From contig JAWVZO010000001.1 of assembly GCA_033722135.1 (NCBI GenBank), forward strand, positions 1-54,173: a stretch of DNA of 54,173 bases, given 5' to 3'. Below the pieces are notes generated by a model that was given only the letters and a program-made list of their open reading frames with translations, was not told the DNA's origin and ran no database searches. The translations under genes were made by a program, and so were the position numbers. Below are positions 42,077-52,072 of this stretch, piece after piece (position 1 is the first letter of the stretch; each line of letters begins with the position of its first letter). The stretch comes from Gammaproteobacteria bacterium (GTDB lineage Bacteria > Pseudomonadota > Gammaproteobacteria > QNFN01).

Positions 42077-42586
42077 ATGCCCATGAGCCCTGACGCCACC
42101 GCCCGGCTGAGCGCCGCGATCACCGTCGCGCTCGGCGTTGCCGCGATCCTGCTGCCCTACTTCTTCACCACCTTGGCGGTGATGATGCTCGCCGCCGTGA
42201 TGTTCGCCAGCGGGGTCGTTGCTCTGTTCCACGCGCACGCCGCGCGCCGGGCGGGACTCCAGGCCGGCGTGTTCGGTCCGTGGGCGCAGGTCGTCGTCGG
42301 CATCGTGCTTCTCCTGTGGCCCGACGTGGCCCTCTGGCTGGTCGCCATGCTGCTTGGCGGCGGGCTGCTGGTGAACGGCGTCCTGGGGCTGCTCGCGCTG
42401 AGGGAATCCGCCGTGGTCAACCCGCCCCTGATCGAGAGGCTCGAGCCCTGGATCAGCATCGCGCTCGGCGTGCTGCTGATCCTGATGGGGGCGGCCGGCT
42501 CGGCGCTGCTGCTCGGCATCGTGCTCGGCGTCGCGCTGATCGGCTCCGGGCTGCGCCAGTGGCGCGCGGCCGACGCCCGTGGCTGA
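42077..42586 (+). CDS. HdeD/DUF308-family small membrane protein
   Basis: 169 aa with four or more hydrophobic helices ([37 protein letters not shown]...). It is inserted between pdxA and rsmA. Confidence 0.6.
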   Translation: MPMSPDATARLSAAITVALGVAAILLPYFFTTLAVMMLAAVMFASGVVALFHAHAARRAGLQAGVFGPWAQVVVGIVLLLWPDVALWLVAMLLGGGLLVNGVLGLLALRESAVVNPPLIERLEPWISIALGVLLILMGAAGSALLLGIVLGVALIGSGLRQWRAADARG

Positions 42587-42590
42587 GGCG

Positions 42591-43400
42591 ATGCCGTCCC
42601 GGGACGCTCCCGCCCCGGGGACCGGAGGCGCAAACCACCGCCCCCGGAAACGCTTCGGCCAGAACTTCCTGCGCGACGGGACCGTCATCGAGCGCATCGT
42701 CGCCGCGATCGACCCGCGTCACGGCCAGCGGCTGGTCGAGATCGGCCCGGGAGAGGGCGCGCTCACCGCGCCGCTGCTGGCCGCGGCCGGGCGGCTCGCC
42801 GCGATCGAGCTCGACCGCGACCTCGTCGCCCGGCTCCGCGACCGGTTCCCGCCCGACTCGGGACTCGAGCTGATCGAGGGCGACGCCCTCGCATTCGACT
42901 TCCGCGCACTCGCCGGGGAGGGACCGCTGCGCCTGGTCGGCAACCTGCCTTACAACATCTCCACGCCGCTGCTTTTCCACCTCTTCGCCCAGCGCGACGC
43001 TGTCGCCGACATGCACTTCATGCTCCAGCGCGAGGTGGTCGACCGCCTGGCCGCTTCCCCGGGAACCAAGAGCTACGGCCGGCTCTCGGTGATGGCGCAG
43101 TACGCGTGCGAGATCCGGCCCGTGCTGCAGGTCCCGCCGCGCGCCTTCCGGCCGCCGCCGAAGGTCGACTCGACGGTCGTGCGGCTCGTGCCTCACGCCA
43201 CCCCTCCGGTGACCGTCGACGACCCTGAGCGCCTGCGGCGGCTGGTCTCCGCGGCCTTCGCCCAGCGACGCAAGACGCTGCGCAACAGCCTGCGCGACCA
43301 GCTCGACGCGGAGGCCATGATCCATGCCGGTATCGATCCCGGGCGCCGGGCCGAGACGCTGTCGCTCGCCGAGTTCGCCGCCCTCGCCAACCTGCGTTGA
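42591..43400 (+). CDS. rsmA: 16S rRNA (adenine1518-N6/adenine1519-N6)-dimethyltransferase
   Basis: Sequence features: [32 protein letters not shown] and [15 protein letters not shown]. The ATG at 42591 is preferred to the GTG at 42579. Confidence 0.93.
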   Translation: MPSRDAPAPGTGGANHRPRKRFGQNFLRDGTVIERIVAAIDPRHGQRLVEIGPGEGALTAPLLAAAGRLAAIELDRDLVARLRDRFPPDSGLELIEGDALAFDFRALAGEGPLRLVGNLPYNISTPLLFHLFAQRDAVADMHFMLQREVVDRLAASPGTKSYGRLSVMAQYACEIRPVLQVPPRAFRPPPKVDSTVVRLVPHATPPVTVDDPERLRRLVSAAFAQRRKTLRNSLRDQLDAEAMIHAGIDPGRRAETLSLAEFAALANLR

Positions 43401-43475
43401 CCCGGGCTTGCGCCGCGGTCACGCAGGGCGTATGACACCCTCTGTCTCCCGACATCATGCAAAAGGCGAAGAGCC

Positions 43476-43838
43476 ATGGCCGTACGCGGAAAAGCAGTGA
43501 CGATGAATGCGAACCTCGAATTCGGAGGCGGGCGCATGTTGCGCGGCTACGTGAAATCGCTGAGTCCGACGTCGGCCGGCTTCAACAGCGGTGACTTCAA
43601 CAAGTACCGCAACAATCCCCCGAACCCCGGGGACATGGGCATCCTGACCATGACCTACACCCGGAACAGCGTGCCGTTCGACATCAAGCTCGGCTGCCGT
43701 CTCGTGCAGGTCATGGGGACCGCCGCCACCCTGGCCCTGAACCAGGGCGACCTCACCAACACCGACCGCAAGGCGATCAAGAAGATCATGGAGGTGCAGG
43801 TGGCGGAGATCGGCGCCGAGGACGATCACGTCGGCTGA
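43476..43838 (+). CDS. Hypothetical small protein, no family recognised
   Basis: The 120-aa ORF has GC-rich third codon positions and a non-repetitive sequence (…MLRGYVKSLSPTSAGFNSGDFNKYRNNPPNPGDMGILTMTYTRNSVPFDIKLGCRLVQVMGTAATLALNQGDLTNTDRKAIKKIMEVQVAE…). The best ribosome-binding site (GGAGG, 7-nt spacing) precedes the internal ATG at 43536, which would give 100 aa. Confidence 0.5.
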   Translation: MAVRGKAVTMNANLEFGGGRMLRGYVKSLSPTSAGFNSGDFNKYRNNPPNPGDMGILTMTYTRNSVPFDIKLGCRLVQVMGTAATLALNQGDLTNTDRKAIKKIMEVQVAEIGAEDDHVG

Positions 43839-43977
43839 GCGACCCCGTAGCGCGCGGCATGCCGGGGCGCCCCAGAGGCGGGAAGCGGACCGGCCGCCCT
43901 CACGCCACGCTCAGGGCTCCCCAGGAACCGGGCGTTCCCGTGGAAGTCCAAGGGATACCCGGCACGGTCGAGGCGCC

Positions 43978-45015
43978 ATGCACCGCATTCCAGCATCACA
44001 CACGCTGTTCGTCTTGCTGCTGGTGATCCTCGGCCCCGTCCACGCGGCCGATGCGCCACGCGGCAGCTTCAGCGGCGCCGTGCAGACGACCTACCCCGAC
44101 TGGTTCAAGCCGAGCTTCCTCGACTTCCGGGAGGACATCGCGGACGCCGCCGCCCGGGACCGCCGCTACATGCTCTTCGTCCACCAGGACGGCTGCCCCT
44201 ACTGCAACCGCATGGTCGAGGTGAACCTCGCGCAGAAGGACATCGAGACGACCATGCGCCGACACCTCGACGTCGTCGAGATCAACATGTGGGGCGACCG
44301 GGAGGTGGTGAGCGTGGACGGCGAGACGTTCAGCGAGAAGCGCTTCGCCCGCGCCCTCGGGGTCCAGTTCACGCCGACGCTGATCTTCTTCGACGAAGCG
44401 GGCCGGGTGGCGCTCAGGCTCAACGGCTACGTCCCCCCGGCCGAGTTCCGCGTCGCCCTCGACTACGTGACCCGGCGCGTCGACCGGGAGATGAGCTACC
44501 GTGACTACCTCGCGCGGCGCGCACCTCCGCCCGCGCCCGGCGGGCTGATCCAGGAACCCTTCTTCTCCGAACCGCCCCACGACCTCGCCGCGGCGAGCGC
44601 CGCCGGCAAGCCGTTGGCGGTCTTCTTCGAGCAGACCGAGTGCCCCAACTGCGCGACGCTCCACGACGACGTGCTGGCCGTTCCCGAGACCCGCGCCGAG
44701 CTCGCGCCGTTCCACGCCGTGCAGCTCGACATGTGGGCCGACACGCCGCTGGTCGCCCCGGACGGCCGTCGCACGACGGCCCGCGAATGGGCGCGCCAAC
44801 TCGACATCGCCTACGCGCCGACCGTGGTCCTGTTCGACCCCAAGGGACGGGAGGTGATCCGTTCGGAGGCCTGGTTCAAGGCCTTTCACACCGCCTCGAT
44901 CCTCGCCTACGTCAGCAGTGGCGCCCACCGCACGCAGCCCAGCTTCCAGCGCTACATCTCCGCGCGTGCGGAGCACCTGCGGGAACGGGGCATCGACGTC
45001 GACCTCTGGCGCTGA
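43978..45015 (+). CDS. Secreted protein with two thioredoxin-fold domains (CPYC and CPNC motifs)
   Basis: Signal peptide MHRIPASHTLFVLLLVILGPVHAADA. Domain 1 has FVHQDGCPYCNRM and domain 2 has FFEQTECPNCATL. Each is followed by a ...PT(L/V)(I/V)FFD-like segment. Confidence 0.75.
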   Translation: MHRIPASHTLFVLLLVILGPVHAADAPRGSFSGAVQTTYPDWFKPSFLDFREDIADAAARDRRYMLFVHQDGCPYCNRMVEVNLAQKDIETTMRRHLDVVEINMWGDREVVSVDGETFSEKRFARALGVQFTPTLIFFDEAGRVALRLNGYVPPAEFRVALDYVTRRVDREMSYRDYLARRAPPPAPGGLIQEPFFSEPPHDLAAASAAGKPLAVFFEQTECPNCATLHDDVLAVPETRAELAPFHAVQLDMWADTPLVAPDGRRTTAREWARQLDIAYAPTVVLFDPKGREVIRSEAWFKAFHTASILAYVSSGAHRTQPSFQRYISARAEHLRERGIDVDLWR

Positions 45016-45095
45016 CCCGGCCGGTCGGGCGGGAAGCAGGACGTCGCGGACAGCCTATACTCGAAGGACAGGGATGCTTCGCAAGGCAGGACGCC

Positions 45096-45773
45096 ATGAA
45101 CCTCGAGCTGATCGGTACCCGCACGTGCCCGTTCGCGCAGCGCGCGCGCATCGTGCTCGAGCACAAGCGTGTCCCCTACACCGTCACCGAGGCATCCCCG
45201 GCCCGGCTGGAGACCCTTTCGCCGTCGGGCAAGGTGCCGTTGCTGTGCGTCGACGGGCGTGACGTGGTGTTCGAATCGTCGGCGATCTGCGAGTTCATCG
45301 ACGAGACCCATCCCCCGCCACTGCACCCCGCCGACCCGTGGCGGCGCGCACGCGACAGGGGCTGGATCGCGTTCGCGACCGACCTGCAGCTCGGCCTCGG
45401 CCGGATGGCGTTTGCGGAGACCGAGGCCGCGTTCGGTGCGGCCTGCGGCGACCTGCTCGCGCAGCTCGGCCGGCTCGAGGCGCAGCTCGGCGCCGGACCC
45501 CACTTCGACGGGACCGCCTTCTCGCTGGTCGACGCCGCCTTCGCGCCGTTCTGGATGCGCCTGGCGCTGCTCCAGGCGAATGCGCGCCTGCACGCGCTCG
45601 ACGCGCTGCCGCGCTGTACCGCCTGGAGCAGGCACCTGCTCGACCTGCCGGCGGTGCGGGACTCGGTCGACGCCGACTTCCCGGCGCGGTTCCGGACCCG
45701 CGTCGCTGCCTCCGGGGGCTACGGCGCCCGGCGCTTCGCCAACGGCGTCATGCCGGATCGCGCGGCATCGTAG
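45096..45773 (+). CDS. Glutathione S-transferase family protein
   Basis: MNLELIGTRTCPFAQRARIVLEHKRVPYTV...GKVPLLCVDGRDVVFESSAICEFIDE... Confidence 0.82.
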   Translation: MNLELIGTRTCPFAQRARIVLEHKRVPYTVTEASPARLETLSPSGKVPLLCVDGRDVVFESSAICEFIDETHPPPLHPADPWRRARDRGWIAFATDLQLGLGRMAFAETEAAFGAACGDLLAQLGRLEAQLGAGPHFDGTAFSLVDAAFAPFWMRLALLQANARLHALDALPRCTAWSRHLLDLPAVRDSVDADFPARFRTRVAASGGYGARRFANGVMPDRAAS

Positions 45774-46356
45774 CCTGCAGCGACGGACGGTCGACGAACG
45801 CCTCGTACCAGCGCGCGAGATCGGGCCGGTCGTTCCGCCAGCGCAGGTCGGGGAAGCGGAAATCGAGGTAGCCGAGCGCGACGGCGAAGGTGATCCGGCC
45901 GAGATCCGCCGCGTCGTCGAAGTCGCCAGCCATCGTCTCCATGGCGTCGAGCGCGCGGTCCACGGTGGTGCGCTGCAGCGTTTCCCACCAGGCGCTTCGC
46001 GCGCCCTCGTCACGCTTGTTGCACTCGATGAACACCAGCACCGCGGCATCGAGCACGCCGTCGCCGAGCGCCTCGTTGCGCAGCACGCGCCAGCGCTCCG
46101 TGCCGCCCGGGGGAAGCAGGCGATTGCCGGCGAGGTCGTCGAGATAGGCGCAGATCACCGGGCTGTCGTAGAGGATCTCGCCGTCGTCGAGCAGCAGGGT
46201 CGGCACCTTGCCGAGCGGGTTGTCCTCGGGCAGGTCGGAGGCCGGGTCCCAGGCGTTGGTCGGCACCAGTTCGAGGCGGTCGAGCAGGCCCAGCTCGTGG
46301 GCCGTCGTGGTCACCTTGCGCACGTAGGGCGAGGTGGGCGAGTAGCGCAGGCGCAT
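45748..46356 (-). CDS. Glutathione S-transferase family protein
   Basis: MRLRYSPTSPYVRKVTTTAHELGLLDRLELV...GKVPTLLLDDGEILYDSPVICAYLD... Confidence 0.82.
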   Translation of the reverse strand: MRLRYSPTSPYVRKVTTTAHELGLLDRLELVPTNAWDPASDLPEDNPLGKVPTLLLDDGEILYDSPVICAYLDDLAGNRLLPPGGTERWRVLRNEALGDGVLDAAVLVFIECNKRDEGARSAWWETLQRTTVDRALDAMETMAGDFDDAADLGRITFAVALGYLDFRFPDLRWRNDRPDLARWYEAFVDRPSLQATMPRDPA

Positions 46357-46389
46357 GGCGGACTCCTTCGCGCGGTCGGGCCGTGCGGT

Positions 46390-47517
46390 TCAGGCGTGGG
46401 CGAGGGCCTCGCCGAGCACGCTGCAGACGCGCTCGACCTGGGCCTCGCTCATGCCGGGGAAGATCGGCAGCGAGAGGGTCTCGGTGCAGGTCTGCTCGAC
46501 CACCGGCAGGTCGCCCTTCCGGTAGCCGAGATCGGCGTAGACGGCCTGGAGATGCAGCCCCTCGGGGTAGCACTGCGAGGTGGGCACGTCGGCCTCGCCG
46601 AGGTGCTTGCGCACCGCGTCGCGGCGTCCCCCGGGAATGCGCACCGTGTAGAGGTTGTAGACGTGGCGACCGTCCTCCGCGTCGGACGGCGTGACCACGC
46701 CGTCGATACCGGCGAGCCGCGCGTCGTAGGCCGCTGCGACCGCGCGGCGCGCGGCGATCGCGTCTTCGAGACGCGCCAGCTTCAGGCGCAGCAGGGCGGC
46801 CTGGACCTCGTCGAGCCGGCTGTTGCAGCCGACCGCGTCGTGGACGAAGGGTGCCGACGCGCCGTGATTGCGCAGGTGGCGGACCCGGGCGTCCACCTCG
46901 GCCTCGCGGCAGAAGAGCATGCCCCCGTCGCCGTAGCCGCCGAGGACCTTGGTCGGGTAGAAGCTGGTGCCCCCGGCGTGGCCGAGGCTGCCGGCCCGGC
47001 GCCCGCCCCACTCGGCGCCGAAGGCCTGGGCGAGGTCTTCGATCACCACGAGATCGTGTTTCCCGGCCAGCGCACCGAGCGCGTCCATGTCGCAGGGATG
47101 GCCGAAGATGTGCACCGGCATGATCCCGCGGGTGCGCTCCGTGATGCGCTCGGCGACGCTGGCCGGGTCGAGGTTGAAGCTGCCCGGGTCGATGTCGGCG
47201 AAGACCGGCGTCGCGCCGACGGTCGAGATCGCCTCGGCCGAGGCGAAGAAGGTGAACGGCGACGTGATCACCTCGTCATCCGGACCGATGTCGAGCGCGC
47301 GCAGCGCGAGCACCAGCGCGTCGGTGCCGTTGGCGACGCCGGTCGCGTGGGCGGCCCCGACGTAGTCTGCTGCCTCCTGCTCGAAGGCCTGGACGTTCGG
47401 CCCCAGGATGAACGCACCGCGCGCGCCGATCTCGGCCAGCGCCGCGTGCCACTGGGGCTCGAGCTCGGCGAACTCCTTGCCGAGATCGAGGAACGGGACC
47501 CTGACCGCGTCGCTCAC
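46390..47517 (-). CDS. DegT/DnrJ/EryC1/StrS-family sugar aminotransferase (GnnB/WbpE-like)
   Basis: The GTG start overlaps the upstream stop (GTGA 47514-47517). Motifs present: GTDALVLAL, ITSPFTFFASAEAI and SFYPTKVLGGYGDGG (Lys that binds pyridoxal phosphate). Confidence 0.85.
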   Translation of the reverse strand: MSDAVRVPFLDLGKEFAELEPQWHAALAEIGARGAFILGPNVQAFEQEAADYVGAAHATGVANGTDALVLALRALDIGPDDEVITSPFTFFASAEAISTVGATPVFADIDPGSFNLDPASVAERITERTRGIMPVHIFGHPCDMDALGALAGKHDLVVIEDLAQAFGAEWGGRRAGSLGHAGGTSFYPTKVLGGYGDGGMLFCREAEVDARVRHLRNHGASAPFVHDAVGCNSRLDEVQAALLRLKLARLEDAIAARRAVAAAYDARLAGIDGVVTPSDAEDGRHVYNLYTVRIPGGRRDAVRKHLGEADVPTSQCYPEGLHLQAVYADLGYRKGDLPVVEQTCTETLSLPIFPGMSEAQVERVCSVLGEALAHA

Positions 47518-48467
47518 AACGACCGCTCCTTCCACTCGGCCATGCGCCGGTTGATCAGTTGCGCCACGCGCAGCGCCTCGAGGCCGGCGTGGCCGTCGAC
47601 CAGCGGCGTTCCGCCGTCTCGCACCTTGGCGACGAAATCGGCGAGCTCGGCGTCGAGGGGCTTGCGCGGCACGATGCCGATCGGCTCGCGGACGATCTCC
47701 GGCCACTCCTTGTCGGCGTGGCGCAACGCCCTGATCACCTCGCCCTGCTGCTCGATGAAGTCGAGGGCCTCGTAGCAGTGCGCCTCGAAGATGCGGATCC
47801 GGCGCAGCGTCTGGTTGGAGACGCGGCTGGCGGTGACATTGGCGATGCAGCCGTTCTCGAACTCGAGCCGCGCGTTGGCGATGTCGACGTGCTCGGTGAT
47901 CACCGGCAGGCCGACCGCGGAGACCGTGCGGATCGGCGAGTCGACCAGCGAGAGGATGATGTCGATGTCGTGGATCATCAGGTCGGTGACCACGTCGACG
48001 TCGGTGGCCCGCGCCGGGAAGCCGCCGATGCGGTGGGCCTCGATGAAGCGCGGCTGGTGGACGTGCTCGGCCAGCGCCATGACACCCGCGTTGTAGCGCT
48101 CGACGTGCCCGACCTGGAGCAGCACCCCCGCCTTCTCGGCGAGGCCGACGAGCTCCTCGCCCTCCTCGGTGGTGCGCGCGATCGGCTTCTCGATGAGCAT
48201 GTGGATGCCGGCCTCGAGCAGCGGGCGCGCCACCTCGAGGTGACTGCGCGTCGGCACCACCACGCTGACCGCGTCGACGGCGCCCGGCAGCTCCGCCGGG
48301 TCGGTGGTCCAGGCGCAGCCGTACTCGCCGGCGACCGCCTCGGCCCGTTCGGGATCGGTGTCGACGACCGTGACGAGGTCGACGCCCTCGAGTTCGGAAT
48401 AGATCTTGGCGTGGAACCGGCCGAGGTAGCCGACCCCGACGACGGCGACGCGGAGAGACTCGGACAT
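47514..48467 (-). CDS. Gfo/Idh/MocA-family NAD-dependent sugar oxidoreductase (GnnA/WbpB-like)
   Basis: MSESLRVAVVGVGYLGRFHAKIY (Rossmann fold) and MLIEKPIA. Confidence 0.85.
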   Translation of the reverse strand: MSESLRVAVVGVGYLGRFHAKIYSELEGVDLVTVVDTDPERAEAVAGEYGCAWTTDPAELPGAVDAVSVVVPTRSHLEVARPLLEAGIHMLIEKPIARTTEEGEELVGLAEKAGVLLQVGHVERYNAGVMALAEHVHQPRFIEAHRIGGFPARATDVDVVTDLMIHDIDIILSLVDSPIRTVSAVGLPVITEHVDIANARLEFENGCIANVTASRVSNQTLRRIRIFEAHCYEALDFIEQQGEVIRALRHADKEWPEIVREPIGIVPRKPLDAELADFVAKVRDGGTPLVDGHAGLEALRVAQLINRRMAEWKERSL

Positions 48468-48512
48468 GACTTGGCATCGCGTGGGAACGGTGCGAGATTA
48501 CACCACAGCCAC

Positions 48513-48518
48513 TAGAAT
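48513..48518 (+). promoter_or_regulatory. Candidate -10 hexamer TAGAAT for uspA
   Basis: CCACTAGAATTCAT, with the hexamer ending 33 nt upstream of the ATG at 48552. A GGAGGG Shine-Dalgarno sequence lies in between. Confidence 0.35.
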
Positions 48519-48551
48519 TCATACGCGGCCAGGCGCCGCCGGAGGGCCTCC

Positions 48552-48998
48552 ATGGAAGATTACCGCCACATCCTGCTCGCGACCGACTTCGCTCCCGAGT
48601 CGCATCGCGTCGGTGCCCGGGCGGTCGAGATCGCGCGCCGTTACGACGCCCGACTCAGCCTGCTGCACGTGGTCGACTACGTGCCGCTGGAACTCTCCAA
48701 CGACATGATGCTGGCCGAACCGGTCGACGTGGACGGACGGCTGGTCGAGGAGGCGCGCGAGAGCCTCGACCGCCTCGCCGCGGAGCTCGGCCAGGACGAC
48801 GCCCAGCGCTGGGTCGTGCTCGGCTCCACCGGCGCCGAGATCAAGCGGACCGCCGAGGAGCACGACGTCGACCTGATCGTGGTGGGCAGCCACGGGCGCC
48901 ACGGGCTCGCCCTGCTGCTCGGCTCGACGGCCAATTCCGTGCTGCACGGCGCCCCGTGCGACGTGCTCGCGGTGCGGGTCGGGGCCGACGAGGCGTAG
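48552..48998 (+). CDS. uspA: Universal stress protein (UspA family)
   Basis: MEDYRHILLATDFAPES...LLHVVD...DLIVVGSHGRHGLALLLGSTANSVLHGAPCDVLAVR. Confidence 0.9.
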   Translation: MEDYRHILLATDFAPESHRVGARAVEIARRYDARLSLLHVVDYVPLELSNDMMLAEPVDVDGRLVEEARESLDRLAAELGQDDAQRWVVLGSTGAEIKRTAEEHDVDLIVVGSHGRHGLALLLGSTANSVLHGAPCDVLAVRVGADEA

Positions 48999-49001
48999 CG
49001 C

Positions 49002-49910
49002 CTAGAGCCTCCCGTTGCGATACGGGTCGGCGTCGGGCTCCGGCCGCGTCAGGAAGCGGCGCATGATCCAGAGGTACCCCTCGGGGTGGCGCGCGACCAG
49101 CGCCTCCAGGGCCGCGTTGATGCGGCGCGTGTCCGCCGCCTCGTCCCCGCCCGGGAAGTCGGCCAGCGGCGGATCGATCACCAGCCGGTAGCCGCCGTCC
49201 GCGCGGCGCAGCAGCACGTAGGGCACCACCCGAGCCGCGCCCCGGGCCGCGATCCGCACCGGGTGCGGCGCCGTCGCGGCCGGCACGCCGAAGAACTCGG
49301 CGAAGACCCGCTCCCGCCCTTTGTAGTTGATGTCCGGCGCATACCAGACCGCGCCGCCACGCCGCAGCACGCGGAGCATGCCGCGGACGTCGTGCGACGG
49401 CATGACGCCGTGCTCGGACGTGGTCACGTGCGCGAGACGGTTGGCGTGGATCAGGCGGTCGACCAGGGGGTCCTTGTTCGGCTTGTAGGTGATCACGACC
49501 GGCAGCAGCATGGCCATGAGGCGGCCGCCGAGTTCGAGGTTCGTGAAATGCGGCGTCAGCAGGATCACGCCCCGGCCGTCGGCCTGCGCCGCCTCGAGGT
49601 GCTCGCGCCCCTCGACCTCGAGCAGGCCCCGCAGGGTCTCCGCCCGTCCCCACCACGCCAGGCCGAGCTCGAACAGGCCGATGCCGAGCTCGATGAAGTG
49701 GCGCCGGAGCAGTGCCTCGACACCGGCCTCGTCGAGGTCCGGACGGACCAGGCGCAGGTTGACGCGGGCGACGTGGCGCGGGCGCGGCGCGACGCGGTAG
49801 AGCAGCCGTCCGGCGAGGCGCCCGAGGCGCAGCCGCAGCGGCCAGGGCAGCAGCGAGAGCAGACGCATCAGGCCGAAGCCGGTCCAGGTCAACAGGTCGC
49901 GCGGGCGCAT
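49002..49910 (-). CDS. lpxL: Lipid A biosynthesis late (lauroyl/myristoyl) acyltransferase
   Basis: 302 aa with [23 protein letters not shown] and [11 protein letters not shown], collinear with E. coli LpxL/HtrB. I cannot tell which late acyltransferase paralogue it is. Confidence 0.85.
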   Translation of the reverse strand: MRPRDLLTWTGFGLMRLLSLLPWPLRLRLGRLAGRLLYRVAPRPRHVARVNLRLVRPDLDEAGVEALLRRHFIELGIGLFELGLAWWGRAETLRGLLEVEGREHLEAAQADGRGVILLTPHFTNLELGGRLMAMLLPVVITYKPNKDPLVDRLIHANRLAHVTTSEHGVMPSHDVRGMLRVLRRGGAVWYAPDINYKGRERVFAEFFGVPAATAPHPVRIAARGAARVVPYVLLRRADGGYRLVIDPPLADFPGGDEAADTRRINAALEALVARHPEGYLWIMRRFLTRPEPDADPYRNGRL

Positions 49911-50024
49911 CGGGCCGGGTCGTCGTACGGCGTGGCAGGGGACGGCGGGACTATACCACCCGGCGGTCCGGACCCCGGACGGCTGCTATGGTTGAGTGGA
50001 ACAGTCGGTTTCCACGGATCACCC

Positions 50025-52019
<1,995 letters not shown>

Positions 52020-52026
52020 GGACGCG

Positions 52027-52059
52027 GGTTACGGAGCCCGAAAAACCGACTCCGTAACC
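52027..52059. terminator. Hairpin between convergent genes (possible bidirectional terminator)
   Basis: Perfect 10-bp stem GGTTACGGAG (52027-52036) / CTCCGTAACC (52050-52059) with a 13-nt loop. There is no clear U tract on either side. Confidence 0.35.
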
Positions 52060-52072
52060 ATTCGAGTTCCGG

